From NCBI GenBank assembly GCA_036504095.1, contig DASXVS010000069.1, forward strand, positions 14,887-78,886: a stretch of DNA of 64,000 bases. The letters run 5' to 3'. This DNA is from Armatimonadota bacterium. Lineage in GTDB: Bacteria; Armatimonadota; DTGP01; JAKQQT01. The first letter of the stretch is position 1. Every line of letters begins with the position of its first letter. Below the pieces are notes generated by a model that was given only the letters and a program-made list of their open reading frames with translations, had not been told where the DNA came from and did not search any database. Positions 57,080-64,000 of the stretch are shown piece by piece. A program made the position numbers and the translations under genes.

Positions 57080-57430
57080 TGGGTGTATCGCACTTCCGCG
57101 TGTTTCATGATGCTAACGATAGCAGGCGGTGAAATGTCACGGACACGGGAGCCAGGGTTCAGGATTCAGGATTCGGGATTCAGGATGAAGTGGACGATTG
57201 GCCGACGGCGCTTCAGGCGGGTGTTTCAATGCCCGACGCCCGGAAAGGCCGATTGGCCGCCCCCAGCCCATCAGGCGCAAGCCGGGTAAGCCTTTCGTTG
57301 CACGGGAAATCGTCCTGCGTTTGGCCGTTCTAAAATCGATAATTGAGGTAGCTCGGTAAAGTGCGCGGGTCCCGCGGTCGAAAAGAAGAAATGACGAGCA
57401 CAGGACTGCTCGCAAGGGAGAGTGACGACG

Positions 57431-58744
57431 ATGGCTATAGCTAACCGTGCGGAGGTCGCCGAGCCGGTGCAGCAGTTCCGGAAGACCGTTACCGAGGAGG
57501 ACGTTCTGTGCCTCCTGAACAAATATCGCCTGGACCGCGACGAACGGGCGCGCGAAGCGCTGGTCGTTTACCACCGCCCCCTCGTAGAGAAAGTCGCCCG
57601 CCGGTTCGTCGATACCGGCGAGCCGATGGAGGACCTCGTGCAGGAGGGCTATCTGGGCATGCTCACAGCCATAGACCTCTTCGACACCACGTTCAGCGTC
57701 AAGTTCTCCACCTACGCCCACCATCTCATTACGGGTCAGATCCGCCATTATCTTCGGGACAAGGGCACCATCATCCGCGAGCCGGCGTGGAGCCAGGATT
57801 TGCGCCGCATCATCAAGAAGACATCCGCCGACCTGACGAGCCGGCAGCGGCGGGAGCCCACGGTCGCCGAATTGGCGGGCGCGTGCAACATCACGGAGGA
57901 GGCGCTGACGGAGGTCCTTCAGGCCGAACAGGTTTCCAAAGTGGTCTCGCTGGACGGCTTTACGGAAGACGACGCACCCGCCGTTGACCCGGACAAGATC
58001 CGCAGCCTGCGCCTCGTCTCGTTCCATATCCCGCTGGAAGAGCGCATCGTGCTGGAGGATATGGTCTCCAATCTCAAGCTGATCGAACAGCGCGTTGTGC
58101 ACGAGTTCTTTTTCCAGGACCTGTCTCAGACCGAAATCGCCAAGGCGCTCGGCGTATCGTGCAATTACGTGAGCCACCTGCTGAAATCGGCCGTGAAGAA
58201 GATGGGCAAGAGCCTGGCGTATACCGAACTCCAGGAGCGCCAGTTGCGGCAGAAGCAATCCGCGTCCGGCAGCGACTACGGCGAGGGCAGCATCGTGGAC
58301 CGTGTGACGGGCCTCTACACCCAGGACCACTACGTCCGGCGGATGGAAGAGGAAATCGTCCGGGCACAGCGCTATGTGCAGGAATTGTCCACGGTCTGGG
58401 TACGCTGCGTGAATTTCGATGAATATTCCAATCGCCTGGGAAGCGAATGGGGCGAACGAACGCTGTTCAGCATCGGCGCGGCTCTCCGCGATTGCGTGCG
58501 GCGCTGTGACGTCGGCGCGTACATCGGCGACGCGGTCTTCGCGGTGATTCTCCCTCACACCGGCGAAGGCGCGCGTATGGTGCGCGACCGCCTGCTCTCA
58601 ACCCTGAGCGAAGTCGAGTACACCCGCGGCGCCCGCCTGGAGTTCCGCGGCGCGTCACTCATCATCCCGCAGGACGGATCCTCCGCGCGCGAGATCTGCG
58701 ACAACGCCGAATACGAACTGAGCCGCCCACTGGTAGCGGGATAG
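57431..58744 (+). CDS. Group-3 (SigB/SigF/FliA-like) sigma factor fused to a degenerate GGDEF domain
   Basis: Sigma regions 2-4 (DLVQEGYLGMLTAIDLFD, FSTYAHHLITGQIRHYLR, LSQTEIAKALGVSCNYVSHLLKSAVKKM). Then DRVTGLYTQDHY...VNFDEYSNRLG...RRCDVGAYIGDAVFAVILP. GGGAGAG SD before the ATG at 57431. Confidence 0.85.
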   Translation: MAIANRAEVAEPVQQFRKTVTEEDVLCLLNKYRLDRDERAREALVVYHRPLVEKVARRFVDTGEPMEDLVQEGYLGMLTAIDLFDTTFSVKFSTYAHHLITGQIRHYLRDKGTIIREPAWSQDLRRIIKKTSADLTSRQRREPTVAELAGACNITEEALTEVLQAEQVSKVVSLDGFTEDDAPAVDPDKIRSLRLVSFHIPLEERIVLEDMVSNLKLIEQRVVHEFFFQDLSQTEIAKALGVSCNYVSHLLKSAVKKMGKSLAYTELQERQLRQKQSASGSDYGEGSIVDRVTGLYTQDHYVRRMEEEIVRAQRYVQELSTVWVRCVNFDEYSNRLGSEWGERTLFSIGAALRDCVRRCDVGAYIGDAVFAVILPHTGEGARMVRDRLLSTLSEVEYTRGARLEFRGASLIIPQDGSSAREICDNAEYELSRPLVAG

Positions 58745-58813
58745 AGTTTCGGTGACGGGTGACGGGTGTCAGGTTTCGGGTGGCGGGTTTCGGGTGGCGG
58801 GTTTCGGGTGGCG

Positions 58814-58846
58814 GGTGTCAGGTGGCGGGTCCTGCCACCTGACACC
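58814..58846. terminator. 13-bp-arm hairpin inside a gggtgnc-word repeat block, between convergent genes
   Basis: ggtgtcaggtggc - gggtcct - gccacctgacacc. Confidence 0.7.
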
Positions 58847-58857
58847 CGAAACCCTCC

Positions 58858-60039
58858 TCAGGGGCTGTCAAACCCCATGAGGTAAGAGATGCCGTCCGTC
58901 CCCTGGATTGTTCGCGCGAAGAAACGATCGGTGCTCGCGTCATACGTGGGGCGCTGCGGGCGTCCGACAACCGTATAGGACCGCATACCGCCTCCCGTCA
59001 CTGAGAACAGGTTCATTGTATTGCCGTCGCCGTAGGCAGCGATATTGCGCGAACTGACTACCATTCCGCCGGCGCCATAGGACCCATAATACAGGCCGCG
59101 AACGCTCCCGGATTCCGCGTCGATGGCAACGACCTCGGCGATATTGCTGCTTTGGACGGACGCATAGATGGTTCCGCCCGGATCCTGATCGGCGGAAGTT
59201 GGCGACGCGGAGATCTCAGTGTATGCACCCAAATCCGACGGGCCAAGCACGATCCGGCCGGGGTGGGTTGAGGGCCCGAACCGCGGGTCAGGAGCCAGAG
59301 TTGACGAGTTCAGTTTGACGACTGACGAGTTAAGCGACGCCGTTCCGTAGTATATCCCGTCGCCGCGAACATACGCTGGCGACCAGCCCTGTGGCGCCGG
59401 CATTGTTGCGGCCTTCACTGTCAGATCGCTCCGATTCAAAACAATGATGCTCAGATTATTGGGCGGACGCGTCACCGATGTATAGATGTTGTCTCCCACA
59501 ACGGCTGGCGAACCTGCCCAGTCATAATACGTACTTGAGAGCGGGGGAGAGGTCATCACGGTCGTTCCATCGGACTCCTTGAGTTTGACGATGAAGATGT
59601 TTGCGGAGGTCTTCCTCTCAACGATGACGGTGCCATCCGGAGTAACTGCCGGAGTCGCCGTGCCGCCGTAACTCGATGAACCGGCAAATGAATTAGTCCA
59701 AGCAATGGATCCATTTGGCCATATCTTGACGACTCCACCTTTGGACGTTGTCAAGTAGATCGCTTTTCCCAATGCACCGTAATACACGGAAGGCCGCGTG
59801 ATCGGGTAGCTGTTATCTCCAATTGCGGCTCGGACATCAAGTGGGAAACCGGATACGCTGGAACCATCCGTAGCGTTGACAGCATACAGCCTGCCGTCAG
59901 ACGTTCCGAAATACACGACGCCCTCGCTCGCTATGGGATCCATCAAGACGGCGTTGAAGCTCAGCTTGATCTGCTGGGCGCGGAGCGATGAAGTGAGCAG
60001 CAGCATACCGGCCAATGTCAAGAAGCACCTGATGTTCAC
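58858..60039 (-). CDS. Secreted PQQ-like beta-propeller repeat protein
   Basis: GGAGG then GTG at 60039. Signal peptide. GVVYFGTSDGRLYAVNATDGS and repeated similar blades. Confidence 0.7.
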   Translation of the reverse strand: MNIRCFLTLAGMLLLTSSLRAQQIKLSFNAVLMDPIASEGVVYFGTSDGRLYAVNATDGSSVSGFPLDVRAAIGDNSYPITRPSVYYGALGKAIYLTTSKGGVVKIWPNGSIAWTNSFAGSSSYGGTATPAVTPDGTVIVERKTSANIFIVKLKESDGTTVMTSPPLSSTYYDWAGSPAVVGDNIYTSVTRPPNNLSIIVLNRSDLTVKAATMPAPQGWSPAYVRGDGIYYGTASLNSSVVKLNSSTLAPDPRFGPSTHPGRIVLGPSDLGAYTEISASPTSADQDPGGTIYASVQSSNIAEVVAIDAESGSVRGLYYGSYGAGGMVVSSRNIAAYGDGNTMNLFSVTGGGMRSYTVVGRPQRPTYDASTDRFFARTIQGTDGISYLMGFDSP

Positions 60040-60194
60040 GTTCCCTCCGCAGCTATGCAGGTAGAATGAGCGGCGCACCGGAGTCACGTGACCACGGGGT
60101 GTACCGGGTAACGGGTGACAGGTGACGGGTGCCGGGTGGCGGTTTCCAGTCCCCGGCACCTGGCACCTGACACCCGACACTCGGCCCTCAGCCC

Positions 60195-60449
60195 TCAAGC
60201 CTCAGCCCTCACCTGCGCATCCGCTTCCTCCATCTGGCGGAGGTAGTCGAAGACTTCGTTGGCCTCCTGCTCGTCCAGTTTGCTGAGGGCGAAGCCAACG
60301 TGCACGATCACGTAGTCACCAACGTTGGCTTCGGGCACGAAACTGAGGTTGACGTCGCGCGAGACGCCGCCAAAATCCACTTTGCCCGCCCGCAGCACGG
60401 GGTCCGTGTTCTCGATGCTCTTTATCTTGCCTGGGACGGCGAGACACAT
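60195..60449 (-). CDS. hypC: [NiFe]-hydrogenase maturation chaperone HypC/HybG/HupF family
   Basis: MCLAVPGKI N-terminus, 84 aa, GDYVIVHVGFA. Confidence 0.9.
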   Translation of the reverse strand: MCLAVPGKIKSIENTDPVLRAGKVDFGGVSRDVNLSFVPEANVGDYVIVHVGFALSKLDEQEANEVFDYLRQMEEADAQVRAEA

Positions 60450-60560
60450 GGCGACGCCTCCTTTCTATTGCTTTCCGGCCCTATGCCGGAACAAACCCGG
60501 AATTCTCACCACAAAGACACAAAGGCACAGAGAGTGATGAACGCCGGGGGCTATTCGGGG

Positions 60561-60640
60561 ATTCATCGTTCATCGTTCAAGCTTCATCGTTTCCGCGTTC
60601 ATCGTTCATCGTTCAAGCTTCATCGTTCATCGCTCATCGT
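60561..60640. repeat. Tandem duplication of about 38 bp made of catcgtt words, overlapping the hypF stop
   Basis: ttcatcgttcatcgttcaagcttcatcgtt occurs twice. Confidence 0.8.
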
Positions 60641-62940
60641 TTCCGCTGCGCGGCCATCACCTGGCCGAGGGCGATGCCGCCATCGTTCGGCGGCACACTC
60701 CGATGCCAGTATGCGTGGAAGCCCTCGATCTCCAGCCGGCGCACGGCGTGCTCCAGCAGGTACGCGTTCTGGAAGCAACCTCCGCTGAGGACGACGTTTC
60801 TGATCCCGACCTTCGCGGCGATGGTCGCGACGGATTCGACCAGGGCGTTGTGGAAGCGCACCGAGACGACGCGCGGCCGCACGCCGCTCCGCACATCACT
60901 CAGCACGGCCTCGAGCACGGGTAACCAGTCCACAACGATGGGACCGTCCGGACCCTGCCGGTCGAATCCGAACTCATAGCCCTCGCCGGCGCTGGCGCCG
61001 TCCAGCGCGAATTCCAGTTCGATGGCGGCCTGGCCCTCGAATTTGTCCTCGTGGCGCACGCCGCAGAGGCTGGCCACCGCATCGAACAGCCGCCCGATGC
61101 TGGATGTCCTCTGCACGTTCACGCCGGAGCGCAGCATGGAGCAAAGCGTTTCGCGCTCGGTCATGTTGAACGAGCGGATCGCGGCGAGGTCGGTCCAGTC
61201 GACGATCCCGTCACCGAAGGCCTCGTACAGGAGCCCGAACGCGGAGCGGCGTGGTTCCCTGATCGCGGCGTCTCCGCCCGGGAGCGGGAAGGTGCGGAGA
61301 TGGGCGGCGCGGGTGAAAGACGCGTCGTCGATCGCCAGGTATTCGCCGCCCCAGATCGTTCCGTCCAGGCCGTAGCCCGTGCCGTCCCAAACCACACCCA
61401 GTGCCGGGGCGTCGAGGCCGTTATCCGCCATGCACGAGAGGGCGTGAGCGTAATGGTGCTGAACGGTGACGGCCGGAGTATCCATCGCCATCGCCGCCTG
61501 CGTGGACATGTAGTCGGGGTGGGCGTCGCACGCGACGACCTCGGGCGTGATCTCGTAAAGGCGCTGCAGATCGGCGACGACGCGATTGAACGCGGCGCCG
61601 GCCTGCACGGTTTCCAGATCGCCGATGTGCTGGCTGATGAACGCCTCGTGGCCCACGGCGACCGCCACCGCGTTCTTGAGATGTGCGCCGACGGCCAGGA
61701 TGGGACGCGTTTCCTCGGGGATCGGAACCGGCATTGGAGCGTACCCGCGCGCGCGCCGGAGGACGATTTCACGCCCCAGCAGGACGCGCACCACGGAGTC
61801 ATCCACGTGGCGGGTGATGGGCCGGTTGTGAATGAGGAAGCAGTCGGCGATGCCTTTCAGCCGCTCGACGGCCTCCGTTTCGTTCGTGCAGATCGGCTCG
61901 TCCGAGAGATTGCCGCTGGTCGCCACGACGGGGAACCCAAGCTCCGCCATCAGCAGATGGTGCAGCGGGGTGTACGGCAGCATCGCGCCGAGAAAGGGAT
62001 TCTTTGGCGCCACGGCGTCGGCGATGATGCTCCCGCCCGCCTGATGCCGGCGCAGCAGCACGATCGGCGATTCCGGCGCGAGCAGCAGGCGCTCCTCGGG
62101 ATCGGACACGTCGCATTCCGCGCGGATGTGCTCCACCGAGGGGAACATCAGCGCCAGCGGCTTCTCCTCGCGGCGCTTTCGACGGCGAAGGCGGCGCACC
62201 GCGGTCTGGTCGCACGCATCGACGATCAGGTGGAAACCGCCCAGCCCCTTCACCGCCACCACGTGGCCCTTCTGGATGGAGGCCGTGGCGGCGAGGAGCG
62301 CTTCGTCGTGGGTTGCGCGCACGATGCCCTTGGAATCCCAGAACTCCAGTTGCGGGCCACAGTCCGGGCAGGCGTTGGGCTGCGCGTGGAATCGGCGGTC
62401 GCGCGGATTCTCATACTCGGCCTGGCAGCGTTCGCACATTTCGAAGCCGCGCATCGTGGTGTTCCGGCGGTCGTACGGGAGCGCCTCGATGATGCTGAAG
62501 CGCGGGCCGCAGTTGGTGCAGTTCGTGAACGGGTAGCGGTAGCGGCGGTTCTCGGGGTCCAGAATTTCGTGCAGGCAATCCGGGCATGTGGCCATATCCG
62601 GCAGAACGAGCGCGGACTTGGCGCCCTGATGTGTGCTACGGCGGATTTCGAAACCCATATAGCCGGCGGCCTTGAGCACTTTCGGTTCCACGCTGCGGAT
62701 GGACGCGCGGGGCGGTTTGTCCGCCTCGAGGCGCGTGAGGAAATGGCGGACGGTCGCGTCCGGGCCTTCCACTTCGATGAAGACCCCCTGAGGCGAATTG
62801 TTCACCCATCCGGCGAGGCCCAATTCCGTGGCCAGGCGGTACACAAATGGCCGGAATCCTACCCCCTGCACGGCGCCGCGTACAGCGACGTGCATCCTCG
62901 TGGGGGAGACCCCGTTCTTCCTCGCGCGATCAACGGCCAT
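60634..62940 (-). CDS. hypF: Carbamoyltransferase HypF
   Basis: Acylphosphatase domain (VRGAVQGVGFRPFVYRLA), two CxxC-x18-CxxC zinc fingers, YrdC-like and Kae1-like domains. 768 aa. Confidence 0.95.
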   Translation of the reverse strand: MAVDRARKNGVSPTRMHVAVRGAVQGVGFRPFVYRLATELGLAGWVNNSPQGVFIEVEGPDATVRHFLTRLEADKPPRASIRSVEPKVLKAAGYMGFEIRRSTHQGAKSALVLPDMATCPDCLHEILDPENRRYRYPFTNCTNCGPRFSIIEALPYDRRNTTMRGFEMCERCQAEYENPRDRRFHAQPNACPDCGPQLEFWDSKGIVRATHDEALLAATASIQKGHVVAVKGLGGFHLIVDACDQTAVRRLRRRKRREEKPLALMFPSVEHIRAECDVSDPEERLLLAPESPIVLLRRHQAGGSIIADAVAPKNPFLGAMLPYTPLHHLLMAELGFPVVATSGNLSDEPICTNETEAVERLKGIADCFLIHNRPITRHVDDSVVRVLLGREIVLRRARGYAPMPVPIPEETRPILAVGAHLKNAVAVAVGHEAFISQHIGDLETVQAGAAFNRVVADLQRLYEITPEVVACDAHPDYMSTQAAMAMDTPAVTVQHHYAHALSCMADNGLDAPALGVVWDGTGYGLDGTIWGGEYLAIDDASFTRAAHLRTFPLPGGDAAIREPRRSAFGLLYEAFGDGIVDWTDLAAIRSFNMTERETLCSMLRSGVNVQRTSSIGRLFDAVASLCGVRHEDKFEGQAAIELEFALDGASAGEGYEFGFDRQGPDGPIVVDWLPVLEAVLSDVRSGVRPRVVSVRFHNALVESVATIAAKVGIRNVVLSGGCFQNAYLLEHAVRRLEIEGFHAYWHRSVPPNDGGIALGQVMAAQRKR

Positions 62941-63004
62941 GTGCGCGCCTGCCCCGACTTGTTCTATTGCATTCCATATCTATATGATAACGGTTTTTGG
63001 CGAA

Positions 63005-63135
63005 CCGGCGGCGGGTGTCAGGTGACGGGCGTGGGGTGCCAGGTGTCGGGTGCCAGGTAGCGGCATTGGGTATCGTTACCTGTCACCTGTCACCCGCCAC
63101 CCGCCACCCGCCACCTGTTTCCTGCCACCCGGCAC
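63005..63135. repeat. gggtgnc / gnCaccc word-repeat block with internal inverted symmetry, upstream of hypF
   Basis: ggcgggtgtcaggtgacgggcgtggggtgccaggtgtcgggtgccagg ... cctgtcacctgtcacccgccacccgccacccgccacc. Confidence 0.8.
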
Positions 63136-63142
63136 ACTATAC

Positions 63143-63577
63143 CTAGTCCCTGTAGCCGGTTCCCCTTCTGGTTTCCGCGAGGTAGACCTCCTGCCACCCC
63201 TCCGACCCTCGTCCCTCCGCCCGCGCGGCCGCCCTCAGCCGGCGTGCCGTTGTTTTGAGCGCCCGCTCCACGCGGCAGAGCTTCAGGCCGGTTCTGTCCG
63301 ATATCTCCCTGAGGGTGAATCCGGCCGCGCGCATCGCGGCGACGGCGCGGTCAACCGGGCTGAGCCGCAGCGCATCGAGATGGTCCAGCACCCGGCTTTC
63401 CGCCAGATAGGCCGTCACGACCGGCGGCAGCCCGGCCGCTTCTTCCGAGATGGACACGGTGCCGTGCCTGTCGTTTCGCCGTCTCAACTGTTCGTCCGTA
63501 TAGAATGGGTATTCGCCACCCTGGTGATTGTGCGATTGCAGCCATACCTCTACCTGTCCCGCGGTGATCCTTTGCAT
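63143..63577 (-). CDS. Hypothetical protein with a C-terminal sigma-70 region-4/LuxR-like HTH
   Basis: GGAGG 6 nt before the ATG at 63577. LSPVDRAVAAMRAAGFTLREISDRTGLKLCRVERALKTTARRL. Confidence 0.5.
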   Translation of the reverse strand: MQRITAGQVEVWLQSHNHQGGEYPFYTDEQLRRRNDRHGTVSISEEAAGLPPVVTAYLAESRVLDHLDALRLSPVDRAVAAMRAAGFTLREISDRTGLKLCRVERALKTTARRLRAAARAEGRGSEGWQEVYLAETRRGTGYRD

Positions 63578-63667
63578 GCCGGCCTCCACTCCGAACAAAT
63601 GTTCGTTATTCCCCGGCGTTATGATAACACACCGTTTGGAGGCCGTCAAGCGATACCCAACATTTGT

Positions 63668-63696
63668 TTGCCTTTTCTTTGCGCGCACGCTAGAAT
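63668..63696 (+). promoter_or_regulatory. Candidate promoter of the XRE gene
   Basis: TTGCCT, 17-nt spacer, TAGAAT. Confidence 0.45.
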
Positions 63697-63744
63697 CTTC
63701 GTGAGTCCCCGCAATGGGGCCTAACGTTATGTACGGAGACCGCC

Positions 63745-64000
63745 ATGGATCGGTATGATGAGATCGGACGCCGCATCCGCCAGGCCCGCGAAGCCGCCGG
63801 CCTCACACAGGAGGAACTGGGCCAACAGCTCGGCGTCTCCGGAGTCGCCGTGGGCCATTACGAGCGCGCCGCGCGCTCCATCGGCATCGCCGAACTGGAG
63901 GCCATCGCCAGGATCCTCAACCACCCGATCACCTGGTTCCTCCATCTGCCCCGCCCCTGGGCGCAAACCGTGGACGCCGCATACGAAACCGTGCGCAAGG
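63745..64000 (+). CDS. XRE-family HTH transcriptional regulator (partial, runs off the right edge)
   Basis: MDRYDEIGRRIRQAREAAGLTQEELGQQLGVSGVAVGHYERAARSIGIAELEAIARIL, an HTH_3 pattern. Absent from the ORF track because there is no stop in the window. Confidence 0.75.
   Translation, partial: MDRYDEIGRRIRQAREAAGLTQEELGQQLGVSGVAVGHYERAARSIGIAELEAIARILNHPITWFLHLPRPWAQTVDAAYETVRK

Noticed and set aside
57137-58558. 473-aa minus-strand ORF opposite the sigma-GGDEF gene
   Set aside because: The plus-strand frame shows unmistakable sigma-70 motifs. The antisense translation is low-complexity with no recognisable domain.
61051-63060. 669-aa plus-strand ORF opposite hypF. Similar long antisense ORFs are 33625..35001, 22905..24134, 48713..49963, 55130..56425, 35285..36142 and 17082..17867.
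   Set aside because: In every case the opposite strand encodes a protein with clear family motifs (HypF, IlvA, CysD/CysH, dehydrogenase and others). These are shadow ORFs of GC-rich DNA.
1-64000. tRNA, rRNA, tmRNA and CRISPR scan by eye
   Set aside because: No cloverleaf-like segments with a T-loop GTTCGAATC-type motif, no rRNA-like conserved stretches and no spacer-repeat arrays were noticed. A tRNAscan or Infernal run would be needed to be definitive.

Overview
Visibly GC-rich bacterial chromosomal segment. Two DUF1559-type prepilin-like proteins and the general gene content suggest an Armatimonadota/Planctomycetota-like organism, but this is an inference and no rRNA or tRNA was seen. In order, the window holds: (1) an OmpR-type response regulator, a histidine kinase and a PAS-PP2C phosphatase operon. 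It lies divergent from a TolC / HlyD-type adaptor / FtsX-type permease / ABC ATPase efflux operon that is interleaved with Gly/Pro-rich secreted proteins. (2) An orphan 445-aa gene preceded by a structured leader that has its own intrinsic terminator. (3) An ECF sigma / anti-sigma / pseudopilin operon. (4) A complete assimilatory sulfate regulon: sir, cysK-cysH-cysD-cysN, and porin-sbp-cysT-cysW-cysA. It is split by a lower-GC island of orphan RHS toxin tips and small membrane (immunity-like) genes. (5) ilvA, a GH29 fucosidase, a GntR/ABC-2 operon and a ferritin-like gene. (6) leuCD, a PEP-mutase/isocitrate-lyase family gene, vapBC and an isopropylmalate/isocitrate dehydrogenase. (7) pilT. (8) A second orphan RHS tip island. 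(9) An ECF sigma pair divergent from a sigma factor fused to a degenerate GGDEF domain. (10) hypC-hypF. The main hunt results are: the sigma-GGDEF fusion with a retained I-site; the riboswitch-like leader; a shared promoter/operator architecture on the two sulfur operons; three single-gene insertions bounded by duplicated ends of neighbouring housekeeping genes; a compact promoter-sORF-terminator unit; and families of short-word intergenic tandem repeats that bracket gene cassettes. All calls come from reading the sequence and the ORF track. No database searches were run.
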